A stretch of 7,197 nt of DNA from an uncultured archaeon (lineage in GTDB: Archaea > Iainarchaeota > Iainarchaeia > Iainarchaeales > 0-14-0-20-30-16), in NCBI GenBank assembly GCA_964565125.1, contig CAZMCX010000038.1, forward strand, positions 1 through 7,197, read 5' to 3'. The position numbers and the translations under genes were made by a program. Under the pieces are notes generated by a model, which did no database searches, was not told where the DNA came from, and saw only the letters and a list, made by a program, of their open reading frames with translations. Shown piece by piece: positions 1 through 6,295 of the stretch. The number at the start of each line of letters is the position of its first letter. Within the stretch, counting starts at the first letter, position 1.

Positions 1-2
1 AG

Positions 3-71
3 AGAAGAATAGATGATGTCTTTGGCAAGGAAAAGGAAAAGCAGGAAGGCCTTGGCAAGTGGTTTGGCTAG
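3..71 (+). CDS. 3' end of a CDS truncated by the left window edge; product unknown
   Basis: Frame 3 is open from the window edge to TAG at 69-71 (..RRIDDVFGKEKEKQEGLGKWFG*). The other two plus frames hit stops within 15 nt. Only 22 codons are visible. The Lys/Glu-rich linker followed by a short amphipathic G-L-G-K-W-F-G tail resembles C-terminal membrane-targeting tails of MinD-type ATPases, but that is not diagnostic. This stretch is visibly more G+C-rich than the rest of the window. Confidence 0.25.
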   Translation, partial: RRIDDVFGKEKEKQEGLGKWFG

Positions 72-110
72 TTTCTTTTAATGTATGTTATGTCTAATTG
101 CTCGGCGACC

Positions 111-377
111 TTAAAGAAATTTTGCCCTAAATATTAATCCAATTGTAACTACTGTTCCAACTGTTAATAAAAATGCCATTAGTGGATTTGTAAGATAAAA
201 ACATAAAAACCAATTTGATATGCCTGGTAATTTACATACAGTTTCTTGAGCAACCCCTGAAACAATTTCCCCAAAAACATTTGAAAGTATAACATATATA
301 ATTGCACCAATAATAAATTCAATCATAGCAGGAATTTTTAATATAAACTCAATTATTTCTTCAATCATAAGATGCAA
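111..377 (-). CDS. small hydrophobic (predicted 2-3 TM) membrane protein, function unknown
   Basis: An 88-codon ORF is long for AT-rich DNA, where stops are frequent. The translation has long hydrophobic runs (IIEFILKIPAMIEFIIGAIIYVILSNVF; WFLCFYLTNPLMAFLLTVGTVVTIGLIF). The codon at 377 is TTG; the first ATG is at 368 (85 aa). No clear Shine-Dalgarno precedes either start. I recognise no family. Confidence 0.5.
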   Translation of the reverse strand: MHLMIEEIIEFILKIPAMIEFIIGAIIYVILSNVFGEIVSGVAQETVCKLPGISNWFLCFYLTNPLMAFLLTVGTVVTIGLIFRAKFL

Positions 378-618
378 TAAATCATTTACTAATAAAAAAT
401 TATCGGTTGCCTCGCAAATTTCTTTTAGTTGTCACTTTTGTTAAATGCTATAAAACAGAAAAAGAAAATATGAAATGCTTCGCGACTAAACCTAACCATG
501 ATTTAACGGCTCATTTCATTCGCCCAAATTTTTTCTTAGTGACGACAGGGGGCTTAGTCCTTCGGACATATAGTCTACTTCGCAGAAATTTTATAATTTG
601 AAATAAGAAAACTTAATT
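378..618 (-). other. 240-bp non-coding spacer with repeated TCGC-N0-2-AAATTT motif and potential RNA structure (candidate regulatory region or small RNA)
   Basis: No convincing ORF on either strand. The plus-strand motif TCGC followed by AAATTT occurs at 412-421, 520-531 and 580-592, and a related CTTCGC at 478-483. A small hairpin GTCC-TTC-GGAC lies at 557-567. Segments 484-492 and 551-559 are complementary over 9 bp. The single imperfect position is a G-U wobble if the minus strand is transcribed and an A-C mismatch if the plus strand is. This helix and the 557-567 hairpin share positions 557-559, so they are mutually exclusive. A sigma70-like TTGCGA (417-412), a 17-nt spacer and TATTAG (394-389) on the minus strand could drive the 111-377 ORF. 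Confidence 0.3.
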
Positions 619-1122
619 TTAAAATTTCCAACCTTCTACTCTGCACATTTCAATAATGTTTATACATTCAATATTATACTCTTTACATACAAATGGAATC
701 TTTACTTTATTTCCTCTTAACTTTTCTTCTGTTACTATAATTCTACCTTTTACTGTTTGAAATAATGTTTTTTGTGGGGCGCTTCCCATTTCAACCGCTA
801 AAGCAATAACAAAAGGATCTGCCGCTGCAGTTTCATTGTCAGATTTTGCTAATGACGGATACTTCCTAAGAATTTCTCTGACAATTTCCATTTGTCTTTC
901 ATCTAGTTTCTTAAAAAATTTTTTCTGCTTTTTTGCCCATTTCTTTAATGAGTCATCCATCAAAGAAATCTCCTTAAGAACTTCTCTATGAGAAATTAAT
1001 TGCCCTTTACTAATTAAAGTTTCAACATTTTTCCAAAGCGTAGGAAAAACATCTATTGGGTAACGCCTATTTAACTCTATAAGTGAGCTTGAGTCAATCA
1101 CATAGTAGTTTATGGTCGTCAT
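619..1122 (-). CDS. DUF4411-family PIN-like protein (putative nuclease effector/toxin partner of the upstream ImmA/IrrE-type gene)
   Basis: 167-aa ORF. Its ATG at 1122-1120 overlaps the upstream TGA in an ATGA junction. It has an N-terminal hydrophobic strand ending in Asp (YYVIDSSSLIEL), a central AADPFVIALAV segment, and a C-terminal IIVTEEK...KIPFVCKEY segment. This motif order matches what I recall of DUF4411 (PIN-like fold). That family typically lies immediately downstream of COG2856 peptidase genes, as it does here. Confidence 0.8.
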   Translation of the reverse strand: MTTINYYVIDSSSLIELNRRYPIDVFPTLWKNVETLISKGQLISHREVLKEISLMDDSLKKWAKKQKKFFKKLDERQMEIVREILRKYPSLAKSDNETAAADPFVIALAVEMGSAPQKTLFQTVKGRIIVTEEKLRGNKVKIPFVCKEYNIECINIIEMCRVEGWKF

Positions 1123-2282
1123 TTTTTAGCCTTACTTATTACTTTATCTAAATTCTTTGCTTTGATTGAAAGATAATCTAATGCATCGCTGTGCGTGATA
1201 AAACCTTTATCAACATTATTAACAACAAGAGAAACAAATTTCTGCCCTCTCTCGCTTAGGCACTGTTTGTCTGCTGTCGGCCTAAATCCGCCTTTTTTCT
1301 CTGCTTTTTCTTTTGGTTTTAGAATTTCTGGTTTATATCTTTCAAGAACTGCATCATATTGTTGTTTTGAAATAAAATTTAATTTTGACATATTGTAAAG
1401 AAGCATTGCTTTGCTTACTTTGAATGCTCTTGAAAGCTTGTTTAATGTTTTTGTTTCTATTATAACCTCTTTATTTTTACTAAACTCTGCTTTTGCTAAC
1501 ATATCTGGAAGCAAAAAAGCTGATGAGAACTCATTACACCACTTTTCAACACCAGCAACATTTTTAATAAATAAAGTATTTTCAGGCATACTAACTCCAC
1601 TTTCATTTAGGAGAACATGCCCAACCTCATGCATAAGTGTAAATATTCTCGCTTCAATCAGGTCTTTTGAATTAACAACAATAACAGCAGAGGAATCATC
1701 AACTAAAGTAAATCCTCTTGCGTCTTCCACTGGCATAGGTATTTGGAAAACAATTATGTTTTTGTCCTCAATAATATCTCGTAAAAAATTAAAAACCTCA
1801 TAGGATGTTTTGAGTTTCTTTTGTGTTCCTTCATCAAACTTGAATTCTGCCCTGTATTTTTCAGCTATTTCTTTAGGATTTTCTGATAATTTTATCGTTG
1901 GGATTGCTTTAACTAAACTTGTGTTAAGGTTTTCTGATAATTCTTTGCTTATTTTTTGAAGTCTCCTTGCTCTTCTTATTGCTAATATTGTTTTTTTATC
2001 AAATTTTCCTTCTTTCTCTGGAAGCATTCTATAATCTTTAGGAAGTGGCTTTTCTTTAGGTACTTCAGATAAGAAGAATACAGTAAGCGGTCTCTTGACG
2101 ATTTTGGCTAAATCTTCTAATTGCTTTAAAGTTGGTTTTGTCTCTCTATTGAGCCAACCATTAAGGATATTTTGGCTTATTTTCAGTTTTTTAGTTATTT
2201 CTTCTTCGTTCCAACCCGAACTACCAATAACCCACTTCAAAATTTCGGGTTTGACTTCAACAGTTAATGTTTTTCGTGGCAT
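1119..2282 (-). CDS. XRE-type helix-turn-helix fused to ImmA/IrrE-family (COG2856, Peptidase_M78) zinc metallopeptidase
   Basis: The N-terminus (..ITKKLKISQNILNGWLNRETKPTLKQLEDLAKIVKRPLTVFF) fits the XRE HTH pattern seen at the front of COG2856 proteins. An HExxH zinc motif, HEVGH, is encoded at 1617-1631 in the context FTLMHEVGHVLL. The ORF track extends to a TTG at 2297. I prefer the ATG at 2282-2280, which sits 1 nt after the hsdS stop and 7 nt downstream of GAAGGT (387 aa). Confidence 0.85.
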   Translation of the reverse strand: MPRKTLTVEVKPEILKWVIGSSGWNEEEITKKLKISQNILNGWLNRETKPTLKQLEDLAKIVKRPLTVFFLSEVPKEKPLPKDYRMLPEKEGKFDKKTILAIRRARRLQKISKELSENLNTSLVKAIPTIKLSENPKEIAEKYRAEFKFDEGTQKKLKTSYEVFNFLRDIIEDKNIIVFQIPMPVEDARGFTLVDDSSAVIVVNSKDLIEARIFTLMHEVGHVLLNESGVSMPENTLFIKNVAGVEKWCNEFSSAFLLPDMLAKAEFSKNKEVIIETKTLNKLSRAFKVSKAMLLYNMSKLNFISKQQYDAVLERYKPEILKPKEKAEKKGGFRPTADKQCLSERGQKFVSLVVNNVDKGFITHSDALDYLSIKAKNLDKVISKAKK

Positions 2283-2283
2283 T

Positions 2284-3675
2284 TTACTTACCTTCAATTA
2301 ATTTTTCAACTTCTTGTTTTGCTTTTTCCAATTCTTCTTTTGCTTCTTTCTGCAACTGCTCTGCTTTTTGCATTCGCTTTTTCACTTCTTCAGCGATTTT
2401 ATTTTGAACAGCAAGAAAGGGGAGAGGGATTTTAATGGCTTCTGTTGTTTCTCTAATTATCCCCATGATTGTCCCACCCGTAATATCTCTATTTATTTGC
2501 ATTTGACCTAATTGTGATTTAAGAATTGAAAATACGAAGTATGGATTTGCTTCTTGTTTAACTCTCATTAAAAAGACATGTTCATTTATGTTTACTTCTT
2601 CAAAAGGATAATCTTCAGGAACAATCCCTATTTTCCCCGTTGTTGCCCCATCTTTTACTATAATTATATCTTTTCTCTGAACTTTACTTTTTAATTGTTT
2701 TTTATGAAATTCCATTGGTATAAACTTTAAGTCGCTTGTGGCAATTGTTCCGTCCCTTAAAACATGCTCACCACCCAAACTTGGCACACCTTCGCTAATT
2801 TGTCTTACACCACCTTTTGGTCTTTGTCCGCTTTCTAATTTTTCAGCAATATATTTCAACTCCTTAACCTCAAACTTCCCTTTCTTTATAGCTTTCTCAA
2901 CTTCTTTAAACTTCGGCTGGTAATAATAAGAGTCTGCCCTTTTGTTCTGGACGACTTCATCAGAATTAACTATATAAACCATTTTATCTTGTAATTCAGG
3001 CAGTTTTATCCCCAATTCATTAAGAACATGATTATTTATTGAGTCTAAGAGTTTCTCGGCTTCAGATTCTTTGAATCGTTTAAGAGAATATGCTTTGTCC
3101 ATTAATGCGACGATTTTATCTTGTATTTCTAAAGGTGGGAGAGGGATTCGTATATTTTTAATTGCAGGAATCGTAATATTTCCTTGTAAACCTCCTGTTT
3201 TAGAACGAGTTGTTTGTAGTTTACCTAATCTACTATTTAAAAATAAACTTATATATTTGGGATTGATATTTTTATCTTCTTTTAATCTAAACCGAATCAT
3301 AAAAGAGCCAAAAGCAAATTTATCTGCTTCTTTAGGCACTCTTGCAACTACTCCGATAGTCCCACTTCTAGAAATTAAAAAATCACCCTCATTTACATAA
3401 TCAGAATCCATCAATTCTGATTTTTTAGCATAAACTAAGTTATCTAATTTTACTTTGTTTTCTTGTAGATTTTGGATTCTTAAAAAGGGAATTTCGCCTT
3501 TAGGATAGGCTTTTACAGAAGCACCATAATTAATTTTCTCGATTAAATCTCCTAGTTTTAATGTTTTCCACTTAGATTTTTCAAGATTTTTGATTAACCA
3601 AAATTCAGGTCTGTAAAAATGAGGGTCTATCCTATTCTCAACTTCATCAGCATAAATTGTAAAACATTCGGTCAT
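2284..3675 (-). CDS. hsdS: restriction-modification specificity subunit (HsdS-like, two target-recognition domains)
   Basis: 463 aa with the duplicated HsdS layout. TRD1 starts ..VENRIDPHFYRPEF and TRD2 starts ..NKRADSYYYQPKF. Each TRD is followed by a conserved spacer helix (IRIPLPPLEIQDKIVALMDKA.. and IKIPLPFLAVQNKIAEEVKKR.. plus a coiled-coil tail). AGGAG lies 8 nt upstream of the ATG at 3675, and the gap to the hsdM stop is 3 nt. Confidence 0.9.
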   Translation of the reverse strand: MTECFTIYADEVENRIDPHFYRPEFWLIKNLEKSKWKTLKLGDLIEKINYGASVKAYPKGEIPFLRIQNLQENKVKLDNLVYAKKSELMDSDYVNEGDFLISRSGTIGVVARVPKEADKFAFGSFMIRFRLKEDKNINPKYISLFLNSRLGKLQTTRSKTGGLQGNITIPAIKNIRIPLPPLEIQDKIVALMDKAYSLKRFKESEAEKLLDSINNHVLNELGIKLPELQDKMVYIVNSDEVVQNKRADSYYYQPKFKEVEKAIKKGKFEVKELKYIAEKLESGQRPKGGVRQISEGVPSLGGEHVLRDGTIATSDLKFIPMEFHKKQLKSKVQRKDIIIVKDGATTGKIGIVPEDYPFEEVNINEHVFLMRVKQEANPYFVFSILKSQLGQMQINRDITGGTIMGIIRETTEAIKIPLPFLAVQNKIAEEVKKRMQKAEQLQKEAKEELEKAKQEVEKLIEGK

Positions 3676-3678
3676 AGT

Positions 3679-5451
3679 TTATACTCCTGTATACGTTTTA
3701 GGATTTCTTAAAAAATTTTTCCATTCCCCTAACATATTAGGTAAATCATTAACGTCTGGTCTTCCAGTTGCGTCATAGCCAATATGTTTGGTAATAGCCA
3801 TAAAGATAGGATAATTACTTGCTTTCTCTCCTTCCCTTTTCTTCTGTAAAAATAATAATGATGCTTTAACACCTGCACCAGAGGATACAAATGCCAACTG
3901 TGGCAGAGAGACAACTGCTAATATTTTTGCATTTTTATTAATAAAATCTCTCACATATTGAAGTGAAGAGTTGGTTAATATTCCATCGGGTAAAACTATG
4001 CCCATTTTTCCACCAGATTTTAATAAATCTAGACATCTCTCAATAAATAAAATTTCAGTTCTTTGTGCTTTTCTATCCTTTCCTAATTCAAAATTATTTA
4101 AGACTTCTTCATCTTTTATAACTGCACCAAAAGGCGGGTTTGTAAGTAAAACGTCATACTTATTTGGTTTAATCTTTTTTGCAGGGTCAAAATTTTTATA
4201 ATTGGTTAAGGCGTTATTACATTCAATATTGCTATGTCCATCTTCATGGATAACCATATCCATCATAGCAACACGGGCAATTCTATCATTGATTTCAATT
4301 CCAAAAATCTGTTTATGTGAAAAATCCCAATTTAATCTGTCAATTGTTTCTTTATCTTCTTTATATTTTTCAGTAACTTTATTGAGAACATGTCTCATTG
4401 AATAAAGCAAAAATCCGCCACTACCACAAGCAGGGTCAATTAAATAATCGTCTTCGTCTGGGTCAATAACTTCAACCATAAACTCTACAATTTGTCTTGG
4501 TGTGAAATATTGTCCATACTCGCCTCTAAACAATTTTCCTAAAAAGTTTTCAAATGCTCTGCCCTTTGCATCTAAATCTGTTGTTCTCAAAGAAATATCC
4601 TGTAGATGTTCAACAATTCTAAAAATCATTGTGTCTGGCAGTTCTAATTTTGCCTTGAAAACTTCAGAATTTTTAGATTGGACAAATTCATATCTTTCTT
4701 TTACTCTTTTTGCTACATTTTTTGGTTCTTCGTATGTTCCAATTTGGAATTCATAATATTGTCCATGAGGTGTGAATCTTTCATCATATAATTTTGTGAT
4801 AAGCAATTTACTTATTTCATCAAAAGCGACAGCAGGATCTCTTTTCCCACCTTCCCAAATCTCATCATGGCAAAGTTGAAATTTATTACTCAATTCATTA
4901 AAATTAGCTTTTCTTAAATCCCATTCTGGATCACCTCTTTTATATCTATATTTAGGCTCTTTGCCATATTTTATAGGAATATCAGCTATTCTATATTTTT
5001 CTAATTTTTCAATTGTAGAAGGATGTTTTTCTAAATTATAAGCTAACCTTTCATTATCACATACCACCCACAAATATTTTGCATTCAATAAATTTGCATT
5101 ACCTAGCCCTTCTCTTTTCGCTTCTTCTATATCTTTTTTTGTAGCATTTGCTTTTGTTTCAACAACAATAAAAACAATTTCCTTTTCGTCGTCTTCATAA
5201 ATGACTATATCTGCTGGTAGTTTTGGTTCTCTTCTTGGCGGATAAACTTCTGTATTTATTCTTTTTTCTGGATATTTATATTTTTCAATTAACTCAAAGT
5301 AAGATCTTGCACGTATTGGCTCTTCTGGATCCTTAAAATTATATGACTTTTTTACTGTCTTGTATGTTATTTTACCGTCCCTTACAATAAATAACCCTTG
5401 TTTCTCACCGAGTGCTATTATTTCCTCTGTTAGTTTGTATTCTTTTGGCAT
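3679..5451 (-). CDS. hsdM: gamma-class N6-adenine DNA methyltransferase (HsdM / N6_Mtase-like) with an N-terminal PD-(D/E)xK, HSDR_N-like nuclease-fold domain
   Basis: The MTase motifs appear in gamma order: GQYFTPR, then motif I DPACGSGGF (4411-4437), then motif IV NPPF (4129-4140). The N-terminal ~180 aa is extra compared with a plain HsdM. It carries LPAD(85)IVIY...IVFIVVE(102)TK(104) at 5152-5211, a textbook PD...ExK arrangement as in HSDR_N. Residue numbers follow the 594-aa track ORF. That ORF starts at a GTG at 5463. The ATG at 5451-5449 lies 1 nt after the upstream stop and 8 nt downstream of GGTGG, so I prefer it (590 aa). Confidence 0.9.
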   Translation of the reverse strand: MPKEYKLTEEIIALGEKQGLFIVRDGKITYKTVKKSYNFKDPEEPIRARSYFELIEKYKYPEKRINTEVYPPRREPKLPADIVIYEDDEKEIVFIVVETKANATKKDIEEAKREGLGNANLLNAKYLWVVCDNERLAYNLEKHPSTIEKLEKYRIADIPIKYGKEPKYRYKRGDPEWDLRKANFNELSNKFQLCHDEIWEGGKRDPAVAFDEISKLLITKLYDERFTPHGQYYEFQIGTYEEPKNVAKRVKERYEFVQSKNSEVFKAKLELPDTMIFRIVEHLQDISLRTTDLDAKGRAFENFLGKLFRGEYGQYFTPRQIVEFMVEVIDPDEDDYLIDPACGSGGFLLYSMRHVLNKVTEKYKEDKETIDRLNWDFSHKQIFGIEINDRIARVAMMDMVIHEDGHSNIECNNALTNYKNFDPAKKIKPNKYDVLLTNPPFGAVIKDEEVLNNFELGKDRKAQRTEILFIERCLDLLKSGGKMGIVLPDGILTNSSLQYVRDFINKNAKILAVVSLPQLAFVSSGAGVKASLLFLQKKREGEKASNYPIFMAITKHIGYDATGRPDVNDLPNMLGEWKNFLRNPKTYTGV

Positions 5452-5452
5452 T

Positions 5453-6292
5453 TTATTCCCCACCTTCTGGGATTTTTTGATTTAACCATGGCATTTTCTC
5501 TTTAGGAGTAACTGCGTACCATCCTGTATTAATATTTCCTTTAATGGCTTGCTTAATTAATTCACAAGATTTTTTGATTGCCCCTATTACTGTTCGGAGG
5601 TCTTTTTCATTTTTAATTTTTATTTCACCCCAGTTTTCATGAAATTTAATATTTTTTACTCCTTCTATTTTTTGTTGATTTGTATAGATATATAAAACCA
5701 TCAATTTTTTTCTAAATTTTAAATATACAAAATTCTTTTCTGGAGAATAGTAGGTTATTGCAGTTTTTGCATAATGGTGATAAATTTCTTCATTTATTTT
5801 TAGAATAGCTTTGTCTAATTTTAAGAATAAATCTTGAATATTTTTAGAAACATTCTTTCTTTTTATATGATGTTCTAAATCATACTTACTCTCTTCTTTT
5901 TTTACTTCTTCTTCACCGAAGGGTTCTGGTTCCATATTCTTGATTTCTTCTTTTAATTCCAACACAGGAACGGGACATTCTTTCCAATCATGCACCCAAC
6001 AAACAACTAAATCACATTTTCTTCCTTTTTTGATATCGTCTAAATGTGACTTAAAACCAGAACTATTATATTCAAACTCTATAGAAATTTTTTCCCACCC
6101 CTTTCCTGTCCTTCTTCTTGCTATGCAATCTGGGTACCCGGTTTTAATTTCTTCTACGTACATGTTGAGATCTTTAAGAATCTTTCCAAACAATAGAACC
6201 ACCCCCTGTTCATTAACGGGGCTATAGACCATCCCTCTAAAATTGATTATACTTCCAACAACAGATTTTTCTTCATATTTTTCTTCTTCCAT
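5453..6292 (-). CDS. two-domain hypothetical protein: N-terminal restriction-endonuclease-fold-like domain, acidic linker, C-terminal DUF5655-like domain
   Basis: 279 aa. AAAGGGGA lies about 7 nt upstream of the ATG at 6292, and the gap to the radC stop is 3 nt. The N-terminus reads ..VEEIKTGYPD(55)CIARR..KISIE(72)FE(74)YNSSGFK(81)SH..CDLVVCWVHDW. That places acidic and Lys residues on alternating strand-like segments, as in PD-(D/E)xK folds (inference). Residues 115-135 form a Glu/Lys-rich linker. The C-terminus (..LFLKLDKAILKINEEIYHHYAKTAITYYSPEKNFVYLKFRKKLMVLYIY..) resembles the DUF5655 pattern as I recall it. Confidence 0.7.
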   Translation of the reverse strand: MEEEKYEEKSVVGSIINFRGMVYSPVNEQGVVLLFGKILKDLNMYVEEIKTGYPDCIARRRTGKGWEKISIEFEYNSSGFKSHLDDIKKGRKCDLVVCWVHDWKECPVPVLELKEEIKNMEPEPFGEEEVKKEESKYDLEHHIKRKNVSKNIQDLFLKLDKAILKINEEIYHHYAKTAITYYSPEKNFVYLKFRKKLMVLYIYTNQQKIEGVKNIKFHENWGEIKIKNEKDLRTVIGAIKKSCELIKQAIKGNINTGWYAVTPKEKMPWLNQKIPEGGE

Positions 6293-6295
6293 TTT

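Noticed and set aside
22-59. Direct repeat TTGGCAAG (22-29 and 52-59) and palindrome AAGGCCTT (46-53) near the left edge, considered as a terminator or binding site between the convergent genes
   Set aside because: They fall inside the open frame of the truncated plus-strand gene, where they encode FGK and LGK. The palindrome has no loop and no following T-run. No convincing intrinsic terminator is visible in 72-110 either.
540-575. Resemblance of the minus-strand GUCCGAAGGACUAAGCC to the apical SRP (4.5S) RNA sequence GUCCGGAAGGAAGCAGCC
   Set aside because: The loop is 3 nt rather than a GNRA tetraloop. The flanking sequences do not fold into the long extended hairpin of SRP RNA, and the conserved AGCA element is absent.
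407-601. 64-aa plus-strand ORF in the spacer, plus minus-strand mini-ORFs of 17 aa (569-516) and 24 aa (499-425)
   Set aside because: The 64-aa ORF starts at TTG with no SD, and its internal ATG has no SD either. The two mini-ORFs also lack ribosome-binding sites. The region is better explained as non-coding regulatory or RNA sequence. The hydrophobic 24-aa peptide (MVRFSREAFHIFFFCFIAFNKSDN) is noted, but nothing else supports it.
2420-3148. Exact 12-nt direct repeat GGGAGAGGGATT at 2420-2431 and 3137-3148, 717 nt (239 codons) apart inside hsdS
   Set aside because: The repeat encodes the IPLP core of the two conserved inter-TRD regions, the normal internal duplication of HsdS proteins. It could mediate TRD rearrangement, but at 12 nt, with no second hsdS copy or recombinase in the window, there is no sign of a shufflon.
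3729-3914. 61-aa minus-strand ORF in an alternative frame inside hsdM
   Set aside because: It is fully nested in the well-supported methyltransferase frame, which encodes a conserved C-terminal region here. It has no SD and an odd His/Tyr/Leu-rich composition.
5134-5140. Homopolymer T7 tracts inside coding sequence (5134-5140 in hsdM and 1991-1997 in the peptidase gene) as possible phase-variation switches
   Set aside because: A/T runs of 7 are common in DNA this AT-rich and are shorter than the tracts typically linked to slipped-strand phase variation. Both reading frames are intact.
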